From assembly GCA_963758635.1 (NCBI GenBank), contig CAVWWD010000003.1:800001-864000 (forward strand): a stretch of DNA of 64,000 nucleotides, in the 5' to 3' direction. Of this stretch, positions 41,910-51,992 are shown in pieces. The stretch comes from an uncultured Candidatus Rokubacteria bacterium. GTDB taxonomy: Bacteria; Methylomirabilota; Methylomirabilia; Rokubacteriales; CSP1-6. The notes beneath the pieces were generated by a model, which was not told where the DNA came from, searched no databases, and worked only from the letters and a program-made list of their open reading frames with translations. Position numbers and translations under genes: made by a program. Positions within the stretch are counted from its first letter, which is position 1, and each line of letters begins with the position of its first letter.

Positions 41910-42326
41910 ATGATGAGGAACGTTCTGCGGATGTCCTGCACGGCGCTGGCCGCCATCGTCCTCTCCGTGTCGCCCGGGTGGGCCCAGGGCACGGGCACCG
42001 TGCCGCTTCCCGGAGGCCCGGCCGGCGCGGGAACGCCCGTGTTCGTGCACACGCCGCCCGCGCAGCCCGTGGCCGCGCCCGAGGCGACCGCGCCCACGCC
42101 TCCGAGCGGCGCCCCGCAGCCGGCGGGCGCGGCCGCGCCGGTCTCCGCGCCGAAGAGCGGTGCGTCGGCGACGCCCTCCATTCCCCACCTCACGTCGTTC
42201 CCGGAGCTGACACGCGGGGTCGGCACGAGACGAATGGCGAGACGGCACGCCGCGTATCCGCAGAAGCACGGTGTTGGCCCGCTTGCTGAAACCGAAATCC
42301 GCATTCCGTCACATCCCGTGAGGTGA
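41910..42326 (+). CDS. Secreted Pro/Ala/Thr-rich protein; last ~35 codons read through repeat B
   Basis: Strong RBS, signal peptide ending GWA-Q, low-complexity body. Confidence 0.55.
   Translation: MMRNVLRMSCTALAAIVLSVSPGWAQGTGTVPLPGGPAGAGTPVFVHTPPAQPVAAPEATAPTPPSGAPQPAGAAAPVSAPKSGASATPSIPHLTSFPELTRGVGTRRMARRHAAYPQKHGVGPLAETEIRIPSHPVR
42216..42317 (+). mobile_element. Repeat family B copy
   Basis: GGCACGCCGCGTATCCGCAGAAGCACGGTGTTGGCCCGCTTGCTGAA...CATTCCGTCACATCCC. Confidence 0.75.
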
Positions 42327-42329
42327 TGC

Positions 42330-43505
42330 ATGGACGGGCGTGCGAGCCCGGAGTCGCTCCTCCGCCGCGTCGCCGTCAACGCCTCCGTTCTCGGTGACCG
42401 CCCGACCGGCCTCGGCATCTACGCCGTCAACCTGATCCAGGAGCTGGCCGCGCTGCATCCCGGCTTGCTCGTATACACCTCGACCGACCGGGACCTGCCG
42501 CGGGACCTGATCGAGGTGCGGCGGATCCCGACCGCGGTGCGACCGGAGCGCGGAATGCTCGGGCACGCCGCGCGCCTGCTGTGGCTGCAGCAGGCGGCCC
42601 TCACCGGCCGGATCCGCCGCGACGGGGTGACGCTGCTCATCAACCTGGTGCCGGAGGGCTTCCTGCTCGGCGGATTCCCCCAGGCCACCGTGGTCCACGA
42701 CCTCCTGCCGTTGCGCTATCCGGAGGAGTACCCCCGGCACCAGTACTACTTCCGCCTGCTCGTGCCGTGGGTGCTGCGCGCCTCGCGCGTCGTCATCGCC
42801 GACTCCGAGAACACGCGGCGGGACATCGAGCGCGCGTACCGCATCCCCGCGCACCGCGTCCGCGTGGTGCCCGCGGGGTACAACGAGCACGTGTTCCACC
42901 CGGGGCGCCCCGGCGTCGGGCCCGGCGTCGCCGAGGACCCGCCGTTCGTGCTCTTCGTGGGGAACATCCTGCCCCACAAGAACCTCCTGCGGCTGCTCGA
43001 CGCGTTCACGCTCGTGACGCGGCGGGTCGCGTGCCGCCTCGTGATCCGGGGCGACGGGCATCCCGTCCACGTCCGCGAGATCCGCGACCGCGTCGAGACG
43101 CTCGAGTGCCGGGACCGGATCGAGTTCCGGCCCTACGTCTCGATGGAGGACCTCGGCGCGCTGTACCGCGCCGCCCGTCTCGTGGTGCTGCCCTCGCTCT
43201 ACGAGGGCTTCGGCCTCACCGCGCTCGAGGCGATGGCGTGCGGGACGCCGGTGGTCGCGTCCAATACCTCGTCGATCCCCGAGGTGGCGGGAGACGCCGC
43301 GCTGCTCGTCGATCCCACCGACGCGGTCGAGATGGCCGACGCGATCCACCGCGGCTTGACCGACGATCGCCTCCGGCCCGAGCTGACCCGCCGCGGCCTC
43401 GCCCGCGCGCGCCTGTTCTCGTGGCAGCGCACGGCCAAGGAACTGCTGGCCGCCGTCGCCGAGTCCGTCGACGCGCCCGACGAACGTGACATCCGGTCGG
43501 CGTGA
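42330..43505 (+). CDS. GT4 glycosyltransferase (mannosyltransferase-like)
   Basis: VVHDLLP, PHKNL and PSLYEGFGLTALEAMACG motifs. Confidence 0.9.
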   Translation: MDGRASPESLLRRVAVNASVLGDRPTGLGIYAVNLIQELAALHPGLLVYTSTDRDLPRDLIEVRRIPTAVRPERGMLGHAARLLWLQQAALTGRIRRDGVTLLINLVPEGFLLGGFPQATVVHDLLPLRYPEEYPRHQYYFRLLVPWVLRASRVVIADSENTRRDIERAYRIPAHRVRVVPAGYNEHVFHPGRPGVGPGVAEDPPFVLFVGNILPHKNLLRLLDAFTLVTRRVACRLVIRGDGHPVHVREIRDRVETLECRDRIEFRPYVSMEDLGALYRAARLVVLPSLYEGFGLTALEAMACGTPVVASNTSSIPEVAGDAALLVDPTDAVEMADAIHRGLTDDRLRPELTRRGLARARLFSWQRTAKELLAAVAESVDAPDERDIRSA

Positions 43506-44660
43506 TCGACCGCTGCGCGTCCTCGAGCTGCTCACCTCGACGAGCGTCGGAGGCGGCCCTGCCCACGTCTACGACCTCGTGACCCGCCTGCCGCGAGCGA
43601 GTTCACGCCGATCATCGGCGCCCCGCGCGACGGGCCCTACTTCGACCGCTTCCTCGCCGCGGGCGTCGAGACCATGGAGCTGTCGCTCAACCGCGTCCGA
43701 CCGTGGACCCTCGGCCAGACCATCCGCCTGATCCACGCGAGCCGCGCCGACCTCGTCCACACGCATGGCAAGGGCGCGGGCCTCTACGGCCGCCTGGCCG
43801 CGCGCTGGGCCAGGGTGCCGGCGGTCCACACCTTCCACGGGATCCACTACCTCGGCTACGGGCTGGGCGTGGGCAGCGCGTACCTGAGCCTCGAGCGGAC
43901 CCTCTCGCGGATGACCCGCGTCGTCATCAACGTGTCCCGGAGCCAGGCCGAGGAGGGCGAGGCCCTGCGGCTCGCCCGGCCGGGGCAGGGCGTCGTGATC
44001 GTGAACGGGGTCGACGTGGCGCACATCCGGCGCCTGGGTGAGGAGCGGCCGATCTCCCGGGCGTCGCTGGGCCTCGCCGAGGACGACCTCGTCCTGGGCT
44101 GCATCACGCGCTTCGACCACGTGAAGCGGATGGACACGCTCCTCGACATGCTGCGGGCCCTGGGCCCGGAGTTCCCGCGCCTGCACCTGGTCCTGGCGGG
44201 CGGGGGTGGCGGGCGGGAGCTCGGGCTGCGCCAGCGCGCGGCGGGCGCCGACCTCCGCGGGCGCGTGACGTTCCTGAACGTGCTCGCCGACGCGCCGCGC
44301 CTGCTGCGCGCTGTCGACGTGTACGTGTCCGCCTCGAGCCGCGAGGGCCTGCCCCTGGCCCTGGTCGAGGCCATGGGCGCCGGGCTCCCGGTGGTGGCGA
44401 CCCGCGTGCCCGGCAACGTCGACACCGTCGACGACGGCGTGACCGGCTTCCTCGTGCGCGCGGACGACCCCGCCGACATGGCGGAGGCGGTGGCCAGGCT
44501 CCTTCGCGCCCCCGATCTCCGCGCCCGGATGGGCGCGGCCGGCCTCGAGCGCGCCCGGAGCCTCTTCTCGGTCGAGCGGATGGTGGACGAGACGGCCAGG
44601 GTGTACCGCGCGGTGATGGGCGCGGGCATGTTGTCCGCGGCGGGAACCGTCGCAGTTTGA
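43486..44660 (+). CDS. GT4 glycosyltransferase; frameshift near 43595
   Basis: VHTFHG and EGLPLALVEAM motifs. Confidence 0.88.
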
Positions 44661-44766
44661 CCGAGACACTCTCCCGCGGCACGATCGCTTGCGACCCTGC
44701 CCGGCGTGGGGCTCGTCAGCGCCCGGCGTCGGCTCCCCGGAACGCCGCCCGGGAAGGAGAGTGACG

Positions 44767-47619
44767 GTGTCGACCGACCCGCGTCACCTGCCGGCGTCCG
44801 GCCCCTTCTGGGCCGGCTTTGGCGTTATCTTCGTGTGCTTCTTCCTGTCCGGCGCGACGGGTCTCGTGTACCAGGTGCTCTGGCTCCGGCTCCTGGGCCT
44901 CATCTTCGGCCACACCGTCTACGCGATCACCGCCGTGCTCGCGGCGTTCATGGCCGGCCTCGCGCTCGGCAGCTTCGTCTTCGCGCGGCGCCTCTCGCGG
45001 TTCCCCAACCTGATCCGGGCGTACGGCTGGCTGGAGATCGGCATCGGCGTCTACTGCGCGCTCCTGCCCGTGCTGCTCTGGCTGGCCTCCGTCGTCTACC
45101 TGCGCGCGCACGGCGCGCTCGGGCTGTCCTACGACGCGTTCAGCCTGTTCCAGTTCCTCCTGGTGTTCCTCCTGCTCCTGGTTCCGACCACGCTCATGGG
45201 CGGCACGCTGCCGATCCTCAGCCAGGCCCTCGTCACCCAGGACCGCGGGCTCGGCGCGAAGGTCGGCGCGCTCTACGCGGTGAACACGTTCGGCGCGGTC
45301 GTCGGCGTGGTGCTCGCGGGCTACGTCCTGCTGCCCGCCATCGGCAACCGCCTGACCATCGCCGTGGCCGCCACCGCGAACGTCCTCGTCGGCCTCCTGG
45401 CCATCGCCTATGCGCGCCGGCATCCGGTGGCCGCGGCGCCGGAGCCGGAGCCCGCGCCGGCCCCGGAGGGCGCGGGCAAGCGCGCGCGGACGGCCGCGGA
45501 CCGTCGGACCGCGGCCGACGAGGCGGCGGGCGCCGGGACCGCGCCCCTCGGGGTCTGGCTCACCGTGGCCGCGCTCGGCGTGTCCGGGGCGGTGTCGCTC
45601 GCCTACGAGGTCGCGTGGACGCGGGCGCTGTCCCTGGTCATCGGCAGCTCCACCTACGCCTTCACGTCGATGCTGGTGGCCTTCCTCGTCGGGATCGCCG
45701 GCGGCAGCGCGCTCTACTCGTGGCTGTGGGGCGCGCGCGCCGCGTCGCCGGCCACGTTCGCCGTCATCCAGATCGCCATCGGCGTGACCGTCACCGTGAC
45801 CATGATGGCGTTCGAGCGCATCCCCGAGCTGTTCCTGGTCGCGCTCCGCTGGTCGGACTCGCCGTCGTTCGTCCAGCTCACCCAGTTCGTCGTCAGCGCC
45901 GTGGCCCTCCTGGGGTTCACGCTGCTGATCGGGGCCACGTTTCCGTGCGCGGTGGCGGTGGCGGCGCGCGCGGCCCGGCGCGTCGGGCGGGACGTGGGCC
46001 AGATCTACGCCGTCAACACGCTGGGCGCGATCGCGGGGACGATGCTGGCGGGCTTCGTGCTGATCCCCGTGCTCGGGGCGCAGGGCACGGTCAAGGTCGG
46101 CGTCGCCGCCAACTTCCTCACCGCCGCCGTGCTGCTCGCGGTGCCTCGCCCGCCGCTGGCCCGCCCCTGGCAGTGGGCGGGCCTGGGCGGCGCCGTTGTG
46201 GCCGCCGTCGCCGTCTTCTTCGCGCCCGGCTGGGACCCGTCGGTGATGTCGAGCGGTCCCGCGGTGTACGGCAAGGGCTACCTCCGGGACTCGCGCCGCA
46301 GCGTGCAGGAGATCCTGCGCGGGCACCAGGTGCTCTTCTACCGCGACGGGATCAGCGGCACCGTCGCGGTCACGCGGGAAGGGGACCACGTCTTCCTGCG
46401 CGTGAACGGGAAAATGGATGCGGGCACCGCCGTGGACATGCCCACCCAGCTCATGTCCGGGCACATCCCGATGCTGCTGCACCAGGACCCGCGGTCCGTG
46501 CTCGTGATCGGCATGGGCAGCGGCATCACCGCCGGCGCGGTGTCGCGGCACCCCATCCAGCGCCTGGACATCGTGGAGATCGAGCCGGCCGTCGCCGAGG
46601 CGTCGCGCTTCTTCGCCCACATCCACGGCGACGTGCTGAAGGATCCGCGGACGCGCGTGGCGTTCGCCGACGGCCGCAACTACCTGCTCACCACGCCGCA
46701 GCGCTACGACCTGATCATCTCCGAGCCCTCGAACCCGTGGATCGGCGGCCTCGCCGCGTTGTTCTCCGTGGAGCTCTTCACGATCGCCCGCGACCGGCTG
46801 CGTCCCGGCGGCATGATGCTCCAGTGGATCCAGGGATACAGCATCGTGCCCGATGACCTCCGGATGGTCATCAATACGTTCCGGAGCGTCTTCCCGTCGG
46901 TGACGGTGTGGAACACGATCAAGGGCGACTTCCTGCTCGTGGGGCGGATGGAGCCGACGCCCGTCGACCTGGACCGGCTGCGCGTCAGGTACCAGGAGAA
47001 CCCCGGCGTCTGGCGCGACCTCGATCGCATCGGGATCACGACGTGGCCGTCCGTCCTCGGCTACTTCATGCTGGGCGACGGCGACGCCGGGCGGCTCGTG
47101 GCGGGCGCCGGGCTCAACACCGACGACCGGCTGCCCCTCGAGTTCTCCACGCCGCGGGCGCTCTACCTCGACACGGCCGAGCCGAACTGGCAGATGGTGC
47201 AGGGCTTCAAGACCGCCGCCCTCCCCGACCTCACGCCCGCGAGCCGCCGGTATCTCGGCGACGCGTCCGTCGAGGCCGCGATCGGCGCGGGCTACGCGAG
47301 CCGGTACGTGTTCGCCGACGCGCTCGCGCACCTCTCGCGGGCGCTCCAGATCGATCCCGACTACCGGCCGGCGCTGATCTGGAGCGCGTCCGTCCTGCTG
47401 CGCGTGGGTCAGCCCGCGGTGGCGCTCACCATGGCGCAGCGCGTGCTGACCCGCGAGCCGCAGAACGCCGAGGCCCTCTTCCTGTCCGGGCTCGCGTACG
47501 AGGCGACCCACGCGCGCGACCAGGCCCTGGCCGCCATCCAGCAGGCGGTGGCGCTCCAGCCGCGAAACCGCGCGTACCAGGCGGCGCTGCAGCGCATCAG
47601 TGGGAACACGCTGAGATGA
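44767..47619 (+). CDS. Fused MFS/spermidine synthase-like membrane protein with C-terminal TPR
   Basis: SGATGLVYQVLW, LYAVNTFGA x2, VLVIGMGSG, DGRNYL and SEPSNPW motifs; TPR-like helices. Confidence 0.88.
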   Translation: MSTDPRHLPASGPFWAGFGVIFVCFFLSGATGLVYQVLWLRLLGLIFGHTVYAITAVLAAFMAGLALGSFVFARRLSRFPNLIRAYGWLEIGIGVYCALLPVLLWLASVVYLRAHGALGLSYDAFSLFQFLLVFLLLLVPTTLMGGTLPILSQALVTQDRGLGAKVGALYAVNTFGAVVGVVLAGYVLLPAIGNRLTIAVAATANVLVGLLAIAYARRHPVAAAPEPEPAPAPEGAGKRARTAADRRTAADEAAGAGTAPLGVWLTVAALGVSGAVSLAYEVAWTRALSLVIGSSTYAFTSMLVAFLVGIAGGSALYSWLWGARAASPATFAVIQIAIGVTVTVTMMAFERIPELFLVALRWSDSPSFVQLTQFVVSAVALLGFTLLIGATFPCAVAVAARAARRVGRDVGQIYAVNTLGAIAGTMLAGFVLIPVLGAQGTVKVGVAANFLTAAVLLAVPRPPLARPWQWAGLGGAVVAAVAVFFAPGWDPSVMSSGPAVYGKGYLRDSRRSVQEILRGHQVLFYRDGISGTVAVTREGDHVFLRVNGKMDAGTAVDMPTQLMSGHIPMLLHQDPRSVLVIGMGSGITAGAVSRHPIQRLDIVEIEPAVAEASRFFAHIHGDVLKDPRTRVAFADGRNYLLTTPQRYDLIISEPSNPWIGGLAALFSVELFTIARDRLRPGGMMLQWIQGYSIVPDDLRMVINTFRSVFPSVTVWNTIKGDFLLVGRMEPTPVDLDRLRVRYQENPGVWRDLDRIGITTWPSVLGYFMLGDGDAGRLVAGAGLNTDDRLPLEFSTPRALYLDTAEPNWQMVQGFKTAALPDLTPASRRYLGDASVEAAIGAGYASRYVFADALAHLSRALQIDPDYRPALIWSASVLLRVGQPAVALTMAQRVLTREPQNAEALFLSGLAYEATHARDQALAAIQQAVALQPRNRAYQAALQRISGNTLR

Positions 47620-47650
47620 TCCGACACGGCTGGCTCTCCCGGAGGATGCG

Positions 47651-48100
47651 ATGAGAAGGTCCGGACTGCCAAGGGCAGGGCGGGTGGCGTTGCTGGCGCT
47701 GGGCGTCGTTGGGCTCTCGGCCTGCGGGCGGGGCGACACGCCCGCGCCGGCCAGCTCGACGCCGGGCTCCGCTCCCGCGCCGTTGGCCGGCGCGCGAGCC
47801 CAGGGGGCGGCTGATCCCGCCCCGGCGCTCGAGGGGCTGTGGCAAGCGGGCGACACGGTGATGCGGCTCACCGTCGAAAAGGCGATGGTGCGCGGCACGA
47901 TGGCCGAGGTGGGCGCCGCCGCCCGCACGCTCGGGTTCAAGCCCGGCGACGCGTCCTTCGTGGCCTCGGCCGACGGGCATTACCTCTGGGGCGAGCAGGT
48001 CATCCGCTACGCCGGGCCCTGCCATCCGAGCGGCCGCAAGGTCTCGATGATGGCGAGGATGACGCCGGACGGTCGCGTGCTCGCCGTGCACCACGCGGCC
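47651..48100 (+). CDS. Lipoprotein of unknown function, apparently truncated
   Basis: Lipobox LSAC; coding-like sequence ends near 48095 although the ORF runs on to 48385. Confidence 0.55.
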
Positions 48101-48107
48101 CCACGAG

Positions 48108-48257
48108 GCGCCCGCGATCATCCGCGTGGCCTACTAACAGTACCGCATGACGGACCGCGCGACCCTGGCGCGGAGCGGGCAGTACTGGACGCGGGAGCTG
48201 GTCGCGTACCATCCCGCCGCGCACTTCTGCGACGCGCCGTCGCCGCCGCGGTTTTGA
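48108..48257 (+). pseudogene. Possible lipase maturation factor (LMF) C-terminal remnant with in-frame TAA
   Basis: APAIIRVAY*QYRMTDRATLARSGQYWTRELVAYHP resembles LMF C-termini from memory; not searched. Confidence 0.4.
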
Positions 48258-48372
48258 CGCCTGCGGGCCTTTTCGCGCCGGTGACCCGGAACTCCGTGTC
48301 GTATAATGACGTTTGCGCTACGGCAACACGCGTCGCCGCGGCAGGGCCCATCGAGGGAGGAGAGCGAACGCC

Positions 48373-49341
48373 ATGCGGGTGTTGATCACCGGTATCACCG
48401 GCTTCGTGGGCAGCCACATGGCCGAGTATGCGCTGGCCCGCGGGGCCGAGGTCTTCGGCTCGTATCGCTGGCGGAGCAAGACCGAGAACATCGATCACCT
48501 GCGATCGCGGATCACGCTGATCGAGTCCGACCTGCGCGACCTGTCCTCGGTGCGCGGACTGGTCGAGGCGAGCCAGCCCGACTGGGTCGCCCACCTGGCC
48601 GCGCAGAGCTTCGTCGGCACGTCCTGGCAGACGCCCGCGGAGACGCTCACCACGAACATCATCTCGCAGGTGAACCTGCTCGAGGCGATCCGCGGGCTGA
48701 AGCTCCTCCCGCGCTTCCTCGCCGTCGGCACCAGCGAGGAGTACGGCCTCGTGTACCCGGAGGAGCTGCCGATCAAGGAGACCAACCCCCTGCGCCCGCT
48801 GTCGCCGTACGCGGTGAGCAAGGTGGGGCAGGACATGATGGGGTACCAGTACTTCAAGAGCTACGGGCTGCCCATCGTCCGCACGCGCGCGTTCAACCAC
48901 GAGGGCCCACGCCGCGGCGACGTCTTCGTCACGTCGGCCTTCGCCAAGCAGGTGGCGGAAATCGAGGCGGGCCGCCGCGAGCCGGTGATCTCGGTGGGCG
49001 ACCTCAAGCCCCGGCGCGACTACTCGGACGTGCGGGACATCGTGCGCGGGTACTGGACGCTCCTCGAGCGCGGCGAGCCCGGCGAGGTCTACAACCTCTG
49101 CTCCGGGCGGTCGTGGGCCATCCAGCAGGTGCTGGACTTCCTGCTCGGCGAGTCCCGGGTGAAGGGCATCACCGTCCACACCGATCCGGCGCGGCTGCGT
49201 CCCTCCGACGTGATGCTCCTGGAAGGCGATCCCTCGAAGATCGAGCGGGCGACGGGGTGGAAGGTGGAGATCCCGTTCGAGCAGACGCTGCGCGAGCTCC
49301 TCGACTACTGGCGGCAGCGCATTCCTCCGCTGTCGAGCTGA
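48373..49341 (+). CDS. GDP-mannose 4,6-dehydratase / Rmd-like extended SDR
   Basis: ITGITGFVGSH, AAQSFV, TSEEYG, YAVSK, FNHEGPRR and RLRPSDV motifs; TATAAT at 48302. Confidence 0.88.
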   Translation: MRVLITGITGFVGSHMAEYALARGAEVFGSYRWRSKTENIDHLRSRITLIESDLRDLSSVRGLVEASQPDWVAHLAAQSFVGTSWQTPAETLTTNIISQVNLLEAIRGLKLLPRFLAVGTSEEYGLVYPEELPIKETNPLRPLSPYAVSKVGQDMMGYQYFKSYGLPIVRTRAFNHEGPRRGDVFVTSAFAKQVAEIEAGRREPVISVGDLKPRRDYSDVRDIVRGYWTLLERGEPGEVYNLCSGRSWAIQQVLDFLLGESRVKGITVHTDPARLRPSDVMLLEGDPSKIERATGWKVEIPFEQTLRELLDYWRQRIPPLSS

Positions 49342-49417
49342 GGCCGTTGAGCCCATCGCCCCGCGGGGAGCCGCTCCCCTCCACGTCGACCTGACGCGCC
49401 ATTCCGGGGCGGCTCAC

Positions 49418-50539
49418 GTGCGGGTGGCCCTGGTCCACGACTGGCTGACGGGCATGCGGGGCGGCGAACGCTGCCTCGAGGTGTTCTGCGAGCTCTTCCC
49501 CCAGGCCGACCTCTTCACGCTGCTCCACGTGCCAGGCTCGGTCGGCCCGCTCATCGAGCGGCGGCGCATCGTGACGTCGTTCGTGCAGTCGCTGCCCGAC
49601 GCGGCCCGACGGTACCGCGCGTACCTGCCGCTCTTCCCGGCCGCCGTCCGCCGCTTCGACCTCCGGGGCTACGACCTGATCCTGTCGTCGAGCCACGCCG
49701 TGGCCAAGGGCGTCCGCGTGCCGCCGGGGGCGCTGCACGTGTGCTACTGCTTCACGCCGATGCGCTACGTGTGGGACCTCTACAACGAGTACTTCGGCGC
49801 GCGGGCCGGCGCCCTCACGCGCGCGGTCATGCCGCCCGTGGCGGCATCGCTCCGGCGCTGGGACCGGAAGACCGCGGCCTCCGTGCGCCACTTCGTGGCC
49901 ATCTCCCGCTTCATCGCCGAGCGCATCCGGCGCTGCTACGGGCGCGACGCGGACGTGATCCATCCCCCCGTGGACGTGGCGCGCTTCCGCGTCGAGGAGC
50001 CGGCCGGCGACTACTATCTGGTCGTCTCCGCGCTCACGCCGTACAAGCGCGTGGACCTCGCCGTCGAGGCCGCGAATCGCCGGCGCTGCCGCCTCGTCGT
50101 CGTCGGCTCGGGGCCGGAGGAGGCACGGCTGCGCGCGCTCGCCGGGCCGTCCGTCGAGTTCCTGGGGTGGCGCCCCGATCCCGAGGTGGCCGACCTCTAC
50201 GCGCGCTGCCGGGCGCTCGTCTTCCCCTCGGTGGAGGACTTCGGCATCACCCCGCTGGAGGCCATGGCGTCGGGCCGGCCCGTCATCGCGCTGGGCGAGG
50301 GGGGCGCGCTCGAGACCGTGGTCGAGCCGGGCGGGGCGGAGCCGCCCACCGGGCTCCTCTTCCGGCCGCAGACGGTGGACGCGCTCGCCGCGGCCCTGGA
50401 CCGCTTCGAGGCGGGGAGCGTGGCCTTCGAGCCGAAGGCCCTCCGCCGGAGGGCCGAGGCGTTCGACCGGCCGCTCTTCAAGGAGCGCATCGCGCGCTAC
50501 CTCGACGAGCGCCTGCGCGAGGCCGGCGCGTCGTGCTGA
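49418..50539 (+). CDS. GT4 glycosyltransferase (WbaZ-like)
   Basis: HDWLTGMRGGE, TPMRYVWD and EDFGITPLEAM motifs. Confidence 0.9.
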   Translation: MRVALVHDWLTGMRGGERCLEVFCELFPQADLFTLLHVPGSVGPLIERRRIVTSFVQSLPDAARRYRAYLPLFPAAVRRFDLRGYDLILSSSHAVAKGVRVPPGALHVCYCFTPMRYVWDLYNEYFGARAGALTRAVMPPVAASLRRWDRKTAASVRHFVAISRFIAERIRRCYGRDADVIHPPVDVARFRVEEPAGDYYLVVSALTPYKRVDLAVEAANRRRCRLVVVGSGPEEARLRALAGPSVEFLGWRPDPEVADLYARCRALVFPSVEDFGITPLEAMASGRPVIALGEGGALETVVEPGGAEPPTGLLFRPQTVDALAAALDRFEAGSVAFEPKALRRRAEAFDRPLFKERIARYLDERLREAGASC

Positions 50540-51924
50540 AGGCGCACTCGCGGCTCCTCGAGCAGGTGATGCTGGGCGGCGACCTGCTGATCGTGGCCGC
50601 GGCCTGGCTCGCCGCCTACGGGGTGCGCTTCTACGTGGCCGGCCCCGCGCTCCGCAGCGCGATCCCGCCGCTCGAGCCGTATCTCCTCATGCTCCTGCCC
50701 ATCCTCGTCGTGTGGGGGCTGTCCTTCCGCGCCTTCGACCTCTACCGGCCGCGGCGCATCGGCTCGCGCCTGTCCGAGGTGGCCGGCGTCGCCAAGGCGT
50801 CCTCGCTGGGCGGGCTCGTGCTGGTGGCGGTCATGACGTTCTTCTTCCGCGAGTTCGAGTACTCGCGCGTGGTGATCGTCTACTTCTGGGTGCTGTCGAT
50901 CGTGGGGGTCTCGTTCTCCCGGTACGTCTTCCGCGAGGCCCTCCGCGTGGCACGGCGGCGCGGCTACAACGTGCGCTATGCGGTGGTGGTGGGCAGCGGC
51001 GAGCTCGCGGACAGCGTGATCGAGCGTCTCCGCGCCCGGCCCGACATCGGGATCCAGGTGCTCGGCGTGGTCGGGGACAAGGACGGCGCGGGCAGCGTGC
51101 CCCTGCTCGGGGGCTACGCCGACCTCGCCGCGGTCCTGGGCACGCGCGAGGTGGACCACGTGATCCTCGCCCTCGCCCACGAGGACTACGAGCGGCTGCG
51201 CGGGCTCCTCGACGCCATCGGCGACGAGCCCGTCACCATCCACGTGGTGCCGGACCTCTTCCGCTTCGCGTCGCTGCGCGGCGGCGTGGAGGAGTTCGAC
51301 GGCGTGCCCTTCATCCACCTCCGCGAGTCGCCGCTCCACGGCTGGAACCGGCTGCTCAAGCGCGTGTTCGACGTCGTGATGTCGGTGGGCGTGCTCGGCG
51401 CGCTCGCGCCCGTGCTCGCCCTGCTGGCCTTGCTGGTCCGGCTCTCCTCCCGGGGGCCCGTGCTCTACCGGCAGGAGCGGATGGGCCTCGACGGCCGCCG
51501 CTTCGGCATGCTGAAGTTCCGGACGATGCGCGTGGACGCGGAGGCCCAGACGGGGCCGGTGTGGGCGGCGTCCACCGATCCGCGGCGGACGCCGATCGGC
51601 GGGCTGCTCCGCCGGTTCAGCCTCGACGAACTGCCCCAGTTCGTCAACGTGTTGCGCGGCGAGATGAGCGTGGTGGGGCCGCGCCCGGAGCGGCCCGTCT
51701 TCGTCGAGCGCTTCCGCCAGACCGTCCCCGGCTACATGCTGCGCCACAAGGTGAAGTCGGGCATCACGGGGTGGGCGCAGGTCAACGGGCTGCGCGGCAA
51801 CACCTCGCTCGAGGAGCGGATCCGCTACGACATCGAGTACATCGAGCGCTGGTCGCTCTGGCTCGACCTCAAGATCATCGCCCTCACCGTCACGCGCGTG
51901 CTGTTCGACCGGAACGCGTACTAG
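50533..51924 (+). CDS. wcaJ: Undecaprenyl-phosphate sugar-1-phosphate transferase (WcaJ/WbaP)
   Basis: KFRTM, SLDELPQF, VGPRPERP and GITGWAQVNG motifs. Confidence 0.92.
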   Translation: MLKAHSRLLEQVMLGGDLLIVAAAWLAAYGVRFYVAGPALRSAIPPLEPYLLMLLPILVVWGLSFRAFDLYRPRRIGSRLSEVAGVAKASSLGGLVLVAVMTFFFREFEYSRVVIVYFWVLSIVGVSFSRYVFREALRVARRRGYNVRYAVVVGSGELADSVIERLRARPDIGIQVLGVVGDKDGAGSVPLLGGYADLAAVLGTREVDHVILALAHEDYERLRGLLDAIGDEPVTIHVVPDLFRFASLRGGVEEFDGVPFIHLRESPLHGWNRLLKRVFDVVMSVGVLGALAPVLALLALLVRLSSRGPVLYRQERMGLDGRRFGMLKFRTMRVDAEAQTGPVWAASTDPRRTPIGGLLRRFSLDELPQFVNVLRGEMSVVGPRPERPVFVERFRQTVPGYMLRHKVKSGITGWAQVNGLRGNTSLEERIRYDIEYIERWSLWLDLKIIALTVTRVLFDRNAY

Positions 51925-51992
51925 GCGGGGCCACGCATGAACGTGCTCAGCGGACCGCCGCGCCGGGCGGGGTCCGCCTCCATTCGCGGACG

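Noticed and set aside
44716..47940. 1074-aa antisense ORF and many similar long Arg/Gly/Pro-rich ORFs
   Set aside because: These are shadow frames of real genes, expected at this GC content, with no recognisable motifs.
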